A DNA stretch of 48,750 bases, counting the filler, from an uncultured virus (IMG/VR IMGVR_UViG_2061766007_001580) (lineage: Duplodnaviria; Heunggongvirae; Uroviricota; Caudoviricetes). It is 3 parts of one record of this genome, joined end to end, with 100 filler letters (N's around TTAATTAATTAA, not from the genome) between each part and the next. Parts side by side here need not be neighbours in the genome. Positions count along the whole stretch, not along the records: positions 5,632 to 36,609 come from IMGVR_UViG_2061766007_001580; positions 36,710 to 48,750 come from IMGVR_UViG_2061766007_001580; 1 more part is not named here. One strand, given 5' to 3'. A model generated the notes under the pieces. That model was not told the origin of the DNA and made no database searches. It worked only from the letters and a program-made list of their open reading frames with translations. Position 1 is the stretch's first letter. Each line of letters opens with the position of its first letter. Made by a program: the position numbers and the translations under genes. Shown here piece after piece: positions 34,973 to 47,063 of this stretch.

Positions 34973-37900
34973 ATGGCTACTAATGAAACAGAAGAAAAAA
35001 TAGTTGTCACAGGTGACATAAAAGACGCTGAGAAAAAAATTGATGTAATATTCAAAAAAGCAAAGGAACTCAAAGACAACAGTGAAATCACAATCAAGGT
35101 TTCCACAGACATCAAAGACAATGCTGGCGAATCTATTGACAAACTGAAAAATAGTTTGCAAACATTAGCTAGAACAGCAGGTGGTAACTCAGCTTTGCCT
35201 GACAACATGGTGAAGTTAAAAAGAGTAATTGATCGTTTTACAAAAGGTCTTGATGATAAAACAAATGGCATTTCATCTTTTGCAAACAGTGTGCAAGGGT
35301 TGTCTAATAGTGTAAAGTCATTAAAAACAACAGCAAGTGCCGTAGGGAGTCTTGCGACAGCTTTGTATCAAATTAAAAGTTCTGCTGAGTCTTTATCAAC
35401 GGTTCAAAGAACGTTGGCTACCTTTGCCCCGATAATGGCTACTTTTGCTAATTCAGCGTCTACTTTGCGTGGCGTAAGCTCAAGTTTTGTAACTTTAGAT
35501 AACGCACTACAAAAATTGACCAGTTCTTCTCAAGGTGTGCAGGGTATTTCAAACAGTCTTATTCAGCTCGTAGGTACTATTGCTGGATTACGTCAGCATG
35601 TGCCTACCATTATAAACTTTGTAAACGCATTTAATGGATTGGCGGTAAACAAAAGTTTAACTCAATCATTAACAGGTTTTAACAGGCTTGCAACATCTCT
35701 TAACAAGTTATCAAGTATTAACCTTGCAAATTTATCAGGTTTGCCACAAATTATAAATAGCTTGGCAACTGCTATTCAACCACTTGCTAGGTACGAGAAT
35801 CTTTTAACCCAATTAGCTATTGTATTACCTAGAATAAACACCGCACAAAAAACAACCGCAAACAGTATCAGACAGGTTGGCATAAGTGCTAGACAGTCTG
35901 GCAACGACCTTGATTTATATTGGTCTAAATTCAAGAATATTATGACTGATACAAGACGTTTAGGTGNNNNNNNNNNTATCGCAAGTAACAACGGTTTAAA
36001 GACTGTAGAATCAGTTGATGACAATGTAATCACCGTTGCAAGTGCAGGTGGAGTTACAACTGAAACTGCTGGTGACGGTGTAATTCAGGTTGTTGGTAAG
36101 ACTGTATCAGCTACAATCAGCGTAACAGGCAAGGTTAAGCTCGGCTTTGCAGATGCAGATGATCTCGGTCTTGAAATCGGTCAGTGGATCTTTGTTGGTG
36201 GCGATACTAACAAGTTTACTACTAACGGCACTTTCTACGCCCGTATCGGTGCTATCGAAGAAGACGGTTTAACTCTTGATTTTACCACCAATCCTGCCGA
36301 ACTGTCAGCAGAAGACTCTACCACTGTTGACCTGTTTTGGGGTATCACTATCCACAACGAAAAGGATATTGATAAGATTAAGAGAACTACTTACACAATC
36401 GAAGAACGCCTCGGCTTTGCTGATCAGGAAAGCACTATCCCTCAAGCCTCTTACGTTTCAGGTTGTGTACCGTCAGAACTGACTATCACTATCGAAAACT
36501 CTGCTCTGTCCACTATTCAGTATCAGTTTACAGGTTGCCGTTTCTACACTAAGAAGGGTACTCTTGCAACTGGTACTCGTTTAGATGCATGGGATGAAAA
36601 GGGCTACAANNNNNNNNNNNNNNNNNNNNNNNNNNNNNNNNNNNNNNNNNNNNTTAATTAATTAANNNNNNNNNNNNNNNNNNNNNNNNNNNNNNNNNNN
36701 NNNNNNNNNCTAGTATCTTTATTCTTATCAACGGCTTTAGAACCTTACAACAGTTTGGTGAACAGTTAGACAGATTAACTATTGTTAAAAACAAAGTTCG
36801 TTCACTGTACGATAGCGAAGAAGAAGTTGGCAAGGTTACTGATATGATTTATCAGTCAGCTCAAGACGCTCGTACATCAATGGATGATTTTGCCACAACA
36901 TTCTTAAAGGTTCAGTTATCAACTGAGCGTTACGGACTTTCTACCGAGCAGGCTATTCAGGTAACAAACACTCTCGCTAAAGCGATGGTTGTAGGTGGTG
37001 CTACCGCAAGTGAAACAGCGTCAGTAATGTTACAGTTCTCACAGGCATTATCAAAGGGTAAACTCGATGGTGATGAATTTAGATCTGTAATGGAAAACTC
37101 ACCTGTGTTAATGAGAGCTTTGGCTAAAGAAGCAGGCAAGACAATGGGTGTTGTAAATGCAGGACAGAAAGAGTTAATGCAGTGGTCAAGAGAGGGCAAA
37201 CTTTCTATTGACATTTTGCTTAATACTCTGTTAAATGCTAGTGGTGAAATCGGTAGCAAGTTTGAAAAGACTAACGAAACCATTGACCAAAGTTTTGCAA
37301 AACTTTCTAACACTTGGGCTGTGTTTGTGGATAAGGTGTCAAATGACAGTGGACTTTCTAGTTTTATCAGAAGAATGATTAGTGGTCTAAACAATTTCTT
37401 TTCATCTTCTGCATCATCTGTGGCAAGTTTTGTAAAACAAATATCAGGTGCAACTGCTAAACTTTTAAAGTATTATATCCTTTATCGTTCCGTAACAGCA
37501 ATAGCTGGAAAGTCTTTGAGTATTTACGCCAAACTAACATCTTGGCTAACTACTGGATTTTCTATTTTTCAACAACAGTTTGTGCTAGAGCAAAAAACAA
37601 TAGCACTGAGAACGGCTGATTTACGTTTAACAAAACAAATTGAGGCTTCTGATGCTTATAGAAACGCCTTAATTCAACGTCAGCAAATGATTCAGCGTCA
37701 GCTCGATAACTCTCGTATTTTATCTCAAACACAAATCAATCGTTTGATGGAACAAGAATTATTATTAAGACGAGCTATTAATAAAGCTGGTGCGATGGGT
37801 ACTGTAATGGACAGAACTCAAATGCGAGCTGTTTCTGCCGAGTTGCAAGGTACAAATAAAACTCTCAGTCTTACGGGTAGCTTTTTTAAGCAATTAGCAA

Positions 37901-40900
37901 AAAGAGCTGGTATCCTGCTGATAGCTTTTACTGGGTTTAAAACAGTAACAAATATTTTCAAAAGATTTGGTGATATAACAAATCAGGTTGAAAAAGGTAT
38001 TCAAGGCGATGTTAATGCGTTAAAAAGTCTTACTAATGATGATGTTAAGCCTTATATAGCTTTCGCTGACACTTTGTATCAAATTACAGGCATAGACCTT
38101 GCCAACATCTCAAAATTAAATAAAGAAGTTGCAGAACTTACTGACGATGTAAAAGAATTATCCTCTCCTGATTTATCTTTAGCAGGTTTCTTTTCAGAAG
38201 ATGTGCCTCAAGGTTGGAAAACATTTATCGAGCAGTTGTCTCAGGTTCTTGTGTCTTTAGGTAAATACGGCTTTCAAGGCTTTGGATTGGCTGACAGTGA
38301 TGAAAGCAAGCAGTCTGATGTGCAAGGCAGGATTGCTACGGCTATGCCTGAAATCAATCAAAAGATTGAATTGATTAACACTCTCATGGAAGAATTGCAA
38401 AATGCACCTATTGAAAAGATCCATGATGTTAGATTAGAAATCAGCAGAACTCTCAAAGATATTGAGCCTTATATTGCAGATTTATATAGAGCAGGTTTTG
38501 AAAGCTACGCTACAAACCTTTATCAGTTAAAAACAACCTTATGGTCTGAATTACGCACTGATAAAACAACAGAAGCTTTTAGACAAAACAAAAATTATAC
38601 TGCTGACGTTAAAAAGAATTTACAGGAGGCTCAAAAGGCTACTAATGCTATTCTTAAAAACACAGAGCAGATAGGCAAGTACAATACTAATAGATATTTT
38701 AAAGATGCTAGTATCGTTGCTAAAGTTGAAAACATTAGCATGGATGAAGCCAACAGAAGATTTTATTCTGGATCTCCAACAGAGAAAAATCTTGGTATCA
38801 AGGCTAGTTTTGATACTGTAAAAGAACAACTAGGCTACATGGCTAATATTCGTGCAACTTTAGGTGAAGAAACCGCAAAGAATTATCAGCAGGCATTAGA
38901 ACAGTCAAAAAGACAGTTACAGTATGCTCAGGAAAATGCCAGCATCGGTCAAACGATAAAAGATAATTATGTAAAACAAGCTGAAAAATCTTTACATTCT
39001 GCCGAAATAGCTCAAAACATGGCTAATGTACTTGGTACTAAATTTGTTGTCTTGTCTCAGGAACAACGTCAACAGGCTGAGAATCTTATCAAATTAACTC
39101 AGCAAGATGTTTTAGGCGATTATACAGACAGACTTGAACAAATGTTTGAGCTTGTAATCAATGGCAAGGGAATTGACGATGAAAAAGACGTGGCTGAAAT
39201 GCGACAAAAAATCTTGTCAGCTACAAGCACTGGTGTTTTGGCATACGTTTCTCAAGCATGTGACGAGTTAAGCAACGGTAACAGTCTTGATCTTGCGTTC
39301 AACATCAGCAACATGTTGAAAGAGGGTGTGCATAATGCTTTACAATACATGACAAATAAAGAAGTATTGGAACAGGCTGGCAACATTGGTGCTTACGACA
39401 TACATAAGAAATTTGAAGAATATAAAAAGAGAGCCGAAGAAAGCACAGAGGGAATGATCTCTGACGCTAATCAGGCACTCGGAACAATGGCTAGTGCTAT
39501 CAAGGATTTTCGTGCAAGAATTGAACGTATTTCGGGTTCGAGAGTAAGGATTATTGATGAAAAGACTAAGAAAACTGTTGAGGCTGATTTAAGCGAAACA
39601 AGATTTATCGGTCAAAATCCAGAACGTGTTGCAGGTTCGTTGAAAGCAGATCTTGAAAATCAAATTCTTAAAGACCAGCAAAATAAAGGTAAAGGCAAAG
39701 GCGGTCGCAGACGTGAGTTTAAACTTGATTGGTTGGACATGCGTGACCTCGGTGGTAATCTGTATGACAGCTTAAATCCTGATAAGATTTTAGCAAAGTT
39801 TGAAGACATGGTTGGTGCTAATCGTAACCTGTTGTATATCAACAAGGATATGACTGAATGGTACACTGAGCAAGCCAAAATTCTTGAAAAAGCTAAAGAA
39901 TCAGGTATAACTATCACACAGCAGGCCATGTCACGTTTACAGTCTTTATTCCTGCAACGTAAACACATGGAAGAAATTGCCGATGCTGAACAAGATTTTG
40001 TTGATGATCTCGATAAAGAAAATCATCAGAGAGAAATCAATATTGAGGCTTTAACAAATCTTGCAAACAAGGCAAAGGCAAACAATCAGTCTGCCGAGGC
40101 TTATCTGTATTTGCTTGAACAACAAAGAGATGCTTTACAGCAGATCAATTATGAACTTGATAAGGAAGTGGCAAAAAATAAGCAAATTGCTTTTGTTGCT
40201 GATGTAACCGAGCAGATTGAAAAGCGTGTAAAGGCTTTAAGAGAAAAGAACGGCACTAAAGGCGTGACAGCAGAAGAAATGCAAAAAGAGGTTTTTCAGG
40301 CTTATGCTGACATGTGGAAGTTAAATAAGTCTAAAGGCTATGGCGAAGCATTAAACAGCGAATACGGCAGAGGACAGATAAGTGGTGCTAACGTGGCACA
40401 AATGCAGGGTGTAAGAACTTTATATAATCAAGGTCATTTATCCAGTGCAGGCATGGCAAGTTATATGCGTGAAGGCATGGGTCGCACTCTGAGTTACATG
40501 TCACAATTTGGTTCTGACGAAAGATCAGGTGCAATGCTTGCAAGCATGGGTCTTGACCCTGCACAATGGGATCAATGGTCACTCGCAGGGCTTAACGCTA
40601 TATCTCAGTTAAGCGAAGGCTTTAAAGGGTTAAGCGTGTCATTAAGTGAAACACTTGGTGGTGCTTTAACCTCTTTCACTGACGGTTTATCTAATGGTAT
40701 AGCTAACGCTATTGTTAAAGGTGAAGACCTGCGTGAGACTATGGCAAGTGTAGCACAAAGCATAGCTGTTGATTTGATTTCATCTATCATTAAGATGGGT
40801 ATTCAATGGGCTGTAACTCAGCTTATGATGGCAACAACCACTCAAGTGACGCAACAAGGACTGGTTGCAACCAACTTGCTTATGGCTCAGGAAGTCGCTC

Positions 40901-41343
40901 TGGCATGGGCTACTGCAAGTGCGTATGTAGCCACTGCTACAATGGGTGGTGCGGTAGCTATCGGTCAGACTGCATTAACAGAGTTTATTGCATCTAATAT
41001 GGCTTTAGCTATGGCTGGTAGTTTTGCCAACGGTGGTTACACTGGTGACGGTGGCAAGTACGATCCTGCTGGTATTGTTCACAAAGGCGAATATGTATTT
41101 AGTCAAGAAGACGTAAATCGTATCGGTTTGAGCAACCTTGAGGCTATGCACAACGGTACTACTTATTCAAGTAATACAGTGAATAACTACAACACAAACG
41201 GCACAGGTCAGGTAAGTATTGTTAATGTCGTTGATCCGAGCATGTTGAAGTCTTACCTGAAAACTCCTGAAGGACAACAGGCTATCATTAACACGATAAA
41301 ACAAAACCCACGAACAGTTAAGCAGATAATCGCAACCGCTTAA
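34973..41343 (+). CDS. tape measure protein (interrupted by misplaced contig and gaps at 35967-36709)
   Basis: [22 protein letters not shown] tape-measure domain, long helical body, [27 protein letters not shown]-terminus. Confidence 0.93.
35977..36609 (+). other. misplaced middle fragment of the tail tube gene
   Basis: [20 protein letters not shown] tail-tube motifs; 633 bp fits the 723-bp gap at 31993-32715. Confidence 0.8.
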
Positions 41344-41352
41344 CATCTAAAT

Positions 41353-41379
41353 AAAGCAGGTGTAACAGCCTGCTTTTTT
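41353..41379 (+). terminator. intrinsic terminator
   Basis: AAAGCAGG/CCTGCTTT stem plus T tract. Confidence 0.75.
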
Positions 41380-41425
41380 AATGGTTGTGCTATAATTATT
41401 GACAGTTGACTTTAAGGTGGTTTAC

Positions 41426-44400
41426 ATGAGTATCAATTTATTTCTACGTCCATTACAAGACGCAACAGTACAGTACGAATACAAAACAGACGTATTAAGC
41501 ACATATAATAATTTAGAAGACAGAGTAGCACAACGAGATATACCTCGTATTTTCTTTAATTATAACTATGCGATTACTGACTATAAAAAGGCTATCGACC
41601 TTGATACAGAATTACAGAAGAACGGCAGTGTTGGTGGTGTATGGCTACCTGATTGGTTGAGTGGTATTGCTGTCAACAATGTGGTTGAAGGTATAAACAA
41701 TATTGCCGTAGATAAAAATGTAAACTTGGCAGAAGAACAGATAGTATTGCTTTTTGCCGATGATGCTCATTATGAAGTGTCTCAAATCAGAAGTGTGGTT
41801 ATCAACGAAAACGATGCTGAGATAGAGTTTCGTTCAGCCAGTAATTATACTCAGGTGTACATTATGCCTGTATTTGAATGTTTCCTTGAGGGTGAAAACA
41901 AACAGTCACGCATCAATACTTTATCAAACACTTTTAGCGTACAGGCGGTTGTTAAGTCACCTGTGTTCTCTGCGATCAGACCACATGATGTTCAGTTTTT
42001 AGGACATGATGTTTTATGTGACAATTTTAAAATCACAAACAACGAGCCTGATTTAACCATATCCCAACAGGTTCAAGAGAATGATTACGAAATTGGTTTA
42101 AAAGACCGTTTTACTTTCTTTGACAGAATGTACAGCAGTTTCACTGTAACAATCATGGCTAAACAAAGTGAACGTGATTATGTACGTAATTTTATNNNNN
42201 NNNNNCGATTATGAAATTGGCTTAAAAGACCGTTTTACTTTCTTTGACAGAATGTACAGTAGTTTTGCCGTAACAATCATGGCTAAACAAAGTGAACGTG
42301 ATTATGTACGTAATTTTATCAAAAGACGTTGGGGTAAAACATACTCATGTTTCATTCCTAGCGGTGTAGCAGACTTTGTAAAATCTGATAACGGACAGCC
42401 TATCGGTAATACTTTGATAGTTGTTAATTCTGATTATGATTTTAGCACTAGACAATTTATTGCCGTATATAAAGATAACAATGTGTGGTATGCAAAGATA
42501 ACAAGTGCGAATAAAGGTGATACTGTAACAACTTTAACACTTGACTCTCATATAACACATGTAATATTAAACTCTGATTACAGCGTAAAGTTAAGTGAAA
42601 ATGTAAGCAGTATCAACGCATATCCTAGCGAAATCGACTGTATACAATCGCTGTTTTTTGCCCGTTTTAACGATGATACTATCACCTTTGAAATTGCAGG
42701 TAGCAGTGAAGATTTTGAAGATGTGTATTCCATCGAAATGCCTTTTATCGAAACAGAGTTTTATGATTCAGACAACATCAACTATAACACTGTAGATGGT
42801 ATTGTTTTTGATAAAGATGTTCTGTTTGAGGTCAAGTCTTTTAGTGACACTACTGTTCCGAACAATGACAATGACAATACATATACGACTTTGCTTAGAT
42901 ATGGCTCTTTCCCTACTATTGCAGGTAAATACGAGGGAACATTCGCTTTTAATAATATAAGTATTGTTGACAGAGAATATCTACATGATGGTGAAACTGC
43001 TAGTAATAGAAAGTTAATCACTGGCGAACAAGATTTTGTCTTTCAAATCGAGTGTAAGTTCGATACAACAAAATCAGCTTATCCATTAATACGTTCAGCA
43101 GGCACATCAGGTTTCTTTGAAATCAGAGTAAGACAAGGTAACGACAATCAGTATTATCCTTTTGTTATTTTTAATATGACAAACGAATCAGCAGATTTTG
43201 TGTATAACAACGTCATTGTGCTAACTCAATTTGACGGCACGATAGACGATTGGCATGAAATAGCATTACAACGTATCGATGGAGTAACTTACGTTTATTG
43301 TGACGGATATTTAAACGGCAGTTCTTTAATGTTTAAAGGCGAAAGCCTGTTTGCAGGAAGTGCTATAAATCCTTATGCCACAAACAAACGAGTTAGCTAT
43401 GTTGAATTTGGAGATATTTATAGCCTCGGTAAATCTTGTGGCTGGGTTCAGCAGGCTCGTTTAATGGTTAATAAACATCTGTACACAGGCTCTAAAATGA
43501 GTACAATGAACAGAGTGTACTATCTGTTTGACTACAACTTAGAACAACTAGAACAGATGGACAACGCAACCATTATCAAGACTGATTTTATTTACGACTG
43601 TATTGCTAATAATTGGCGTGTTACATATCCAAAAACTTCACATAAAGGACTGACTCTTACCGACAACAATTATTATGGCTGTGACTTATGTCAGCATCCT
43701 ATGGCTCGTTATGAACAAACTGTAACAGGTAATGCAAATGATCCATATAAATGGATGTCTTTAAACGGAGTTTCAAATTATAACAGAGGTGTCACTTATA
43801 TCGACTTATCTACTAGGGCTTTCCATTTGTCTCTTAGTAAATATAAACTTCCATACAAGTGGTATAAGGATTTATGGTTTGAGTTTGAAATTAGTAAATC
43901 AGGTGAAGTGGCCAATGGTCAGGTATTACTGTATGCCGAAAACTTAATGCCAACCATTTATTTTTCTGATAATAAATGGTCTGTCGGTGCTTTTGGCCTT
44001 AATCCTAACGATAATCCGTCTGCACAATGGGTAAATACTGATAGCAATATAAACGTTGCCTTGTCTATTGACAGTCAGCATAATCGTGTTTGTGTCTACA
44101 TTAACGGAACTCTTAGTTTGACAGATACTTTGGTTAATGTAATAAAGAACAACGAACATGGTTGTATCGGCTTTTATCCGTTGGTTTCTGAAAAAGTTAA
44201 TTTGCATCTGCATCGTTTTAGAATTGTAGACAAGTGTCTTACAAGTGAAGATACTTACAACGTTAATGATTTGTGGAGATTAGGGTATACGACCACATTC
44301 TTTAATTTTGAATTTGGTAAAAAACAGAAAGATACATATCCTGTTTTACGTATAGTAAACATCGACACCATATATGAATACGCACCTTTGTATGACGTAA

Positions 44401-45782
44401 TCACAAACACAAATTACAAAACAAATTATACTTACTTATGGTCTGACGGCTCAAGAGCAGACAAGATTGTTAATCCTGTTGGTAACACTTTATACACTGT
44501 AATCGTTACTGATATTAAAACAGGTAATGTTGGTTATGGTTGGTTCTTTGTTCATAACGGATATACAGGTGAAGTATGCCGTAGTAATATGTCATGTAGT
44601 ATAAGCTATGATGAAAATGGTAACGAAGTTAAGACTGATAATTTTGGTATTATTCGTTATGATTTTAACCAGCAGGTATATAAAAATTCTCACTTTTGGC
44701 ACACCACTGGCCTTGAAATTCTACAAGATAAGGGTGGATATAGAATACATAGCACTGGCGGTTGGACATTTTGGGATTTCTTTGGTGAAGTGGGTTCAGG
44801 TTTTGTTCCTCCAAATACAAATTATGTATGGAAAGCATATCATAAGTTTTATATAAATAATTATATAAAACAGTTTGAGTTTGTGCAGATATTATCGAAA
44901 GATGATGTCGGTAGCTATTATTATACATCGAATAATATAACCTACTACAAAATGCTTCAAACACCTTATAATTTTTACACGGCTACAAGATTTTTAAACA
45001 ATCCTCTTGATACTAGTGATACTAACTATCATTATGGCAACTATTTGATGCACTTAAACTCTTTAGGCCAAGACATTCCTAGAGGCTCAGGGGATTATCA
45101 ATATGCAAATTATCTGTATAAAGATTCATGGTCAATAGCATATTCGCCTAAGTTTACCCTTAATTATAATCAAGGTAAAGTGTATCAATCCGTCACTTTT
45201 TCATGTAGTTCTGAACAAGGGTATTATGGATATGGCAATGACTATTATCCTAATAGGGATTACATAGTATCTGACAAAACAGGTTACGAGCCTGTTCATT
45301 TTGTTATTGAACCTGTTTTAGTCTTGTATTTTGTGCCATATTCGTCATGGACTTATTCAGGTGCATCTTGGCTTGGTATTATGATTAAAAATATTTGGGT
45401 AAATGGTGTTAAACATAACGTATATGATTTGATTAAAAATGGAACTTTCCCTAATATGCCATTTAATTATACTGGGGATTATTTTACAGGCATTAGCAAA
45501 AATGCTCAAGATTTCAGAATGGCAGAATTATCAGAAGGTAATACAATAGGAAATAAACCTATATTTTATATTACAGCTCCTAAGATTTTATTAGGTGATA
45601 GATCTGATAATAGCGAAGCAGTATACCAATTCTTATTTAAAGAATTAGGTAATTTAGCAAGTGAATTTTGTCATTCAACAAATTACAAAAAATCGTATTC
45701 TATGAGTGGTTTTGCATGTTATGATTACATTAAATATACTGAAAACTTTGACGCATCTGATAAGATTAGGAATTACAGATAG
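41426..45782 (+). CDS. distal tail (Dit-like) protein fused to LamG-like lectin and variable C-terminal domains
   Basis: EYKTDVL....EDRVA.R..PR, WLPDW, RRWGK..S.FIPS, ARFNDD Dit-type motifs; DDWHEIALQR....YVYCDG LamG motif; two fragments overlap at 42083-42315. Confidence 0.78.
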
Positions 45783-45790
45783 GAGATTAT

Positions 45791-46636
45791 ATGTTTGCTA
45801 GAGTGGTTTTTTTATATGATATAACTTATGGCGAAACACATTTTTATTATACAAACGCTAATAAAGACGTGCTGTATAATAATCATCTGTATCTTGCAAT
45901 TCCTATTAAACACGGAGATATGGACAACAATAGTGACGAAGTTACTAAGGCTAAGGTGGAACTCACTATTACTAACCAATGTGACTTTATCGCTGAAATG
46001 ATTAATCAGTATGATGTTTTCTTGACGGATATAAAAATAATGCGTTATTACCTCAGCACAGGTGACGTGGAAACTGAGTTTATTGGCAGGCTTTCTACTA
46101 TTGAGTTTTCAGTAAAAGACGCTCAATGCTCTTTTGTGAATTTACTGTATGACACTCAACGCTATGCCATGCGAATGATATATCAACGTCAGTGTCCGTT
46201 TGCTTTGTATGGAGAACAGTGTAAAGTTAATAAGTTCGAGCATGAAACAAAAACCAGTGCAGAATTATGGACAAGAATTGACGATTTCCATTTACAGTTC
46301 AGTGGCGAAATTCCTGCATACACACTTGGTGGTATAATTGTATTACCTAACAAAACTCCTGTGTTTGTGCGAAACGTTGAGAACAATGTTGTTACCACAT
46401 CTCGCCCTGTTTACGAAAGTTACATGACAAACACTGACAACCCTTATGTATTGATATATAAGGGGTGTAACCGAAGTATAAAAATGTGTAACGAGGTGTT
46501 TGCAAACTCAGAAAACTACGGTGGTTTTGTCAAGTTGCCTATCGACAATCCTATCAAGAAGAACAGCTTGAGTAATGGTGCAGAAAAAATGCAGGGTAAC
46601 ACTTTGGCAAATTATCTTAAAGGTCAATTAAAGTAA
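45791..46636 (+). CDS. tail tip hub protein, BR0599/DUF2163 family
   Basis: YQRQCPFALYGEQCKV and GCNRSIKMC...F.N..NYGGF...P four-Cys signature. Confidence 0.9.
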   Translation: MFARVVFLYDITYGETHFYYTNANKDVLYNNHLYLAIPIKHGDMDNNSDEVTKAKVELTITNQCDFIAEMINQYDVFLTDIKIMRYYLSTGDVETEFIGRLSTIEFSVKDAQCSFVNLLYDTQRYAMRMIYQRQCPFALYGEQCKVNKFEHETKTSAELWTRIDDFHLQFSGEIPAYTLGGIIVLPNKTPVFVRNVENNVVTTSRPVYESYMTNTDNPYVLIYKGCNRSIKMCNEVFANSENYGGFVKLPIDNPIKKNSLSNGAEKMQGNTLANYLKGQLK

Positions 46637-46645
46637 GGATATACA

Positions 46646-46861
46646 ATGGATCCAGCTACAGTCATAGCGATAATTGCTTTAATCATAGCTCTTATTGTTG
46701 CATGTGTAACAATGAGTAAAAAGCAATCATCAAGTTCTTCGGCAGACAGCGATCAACCATCAACAGAAGAAGGGCGTAAAATTGCCGTGGTTCGTGGCAC
46801 TGCTTGGGTGTCTTCAACTCAGATAACGTGTTGGACTGACGATTACACAACAGGGGGCTAA
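46646..46861 (+). CDS. small tail assembly protein with N-terminal TM
   Basis: Hydrophobic N-terminus plus P..EEGR.I.VV.GT motif typical after BR0599 genes. Confidence 0.75.
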   Translation: MDPATVIAIIALIIALIVACVTMSKKQSSSSSADSDQPSTEEGRKIAVVRGTAWVSSTQITCWTDDYTTGG

Positions 46862-46862
46862 A

Positions 46863-47063
46863 ATGATTATCTACCTTAGAGATTGTTTGCAAGCTGGCTA
46901 TTGTGTAAAAGGTGTTAAAGAATACTGTAAAGCAAAGTCTATAGATTTTAAAAAGTTTGTACGCCACGGTTATACGGTTGATGAACAGCAGGAAATTGAT
47001 GGGCTGATACAAAAAGTAATAGATTTGAAGAACAAAGAAAACAAGGAAAATAACAATGGGTAG
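46863..47063 (+). CDS. small tail-module protein
   Basis: YC.KG.K.Y.....ID...F...G motif, coupled to both neighbours. Confidence 0.7.
   Translation: MIIYLRDCLQAGYCVKGVKEYCKAKSIDFKKFVRHGYTVDEQQEIDGLIQKVIDLKNKENKENNNG

Noticed and set aside
34973..36661. Tape measure-tail tube fusion ORF
   Set aside because: The tube fragment is bounded by Ns and fits the gap in the tube gene; misplaced contig
14241..45782. Stop-codon reassignment
   Set aside because: Long genes are open in code 11, and TAG and TAA end genes at expected boundaries
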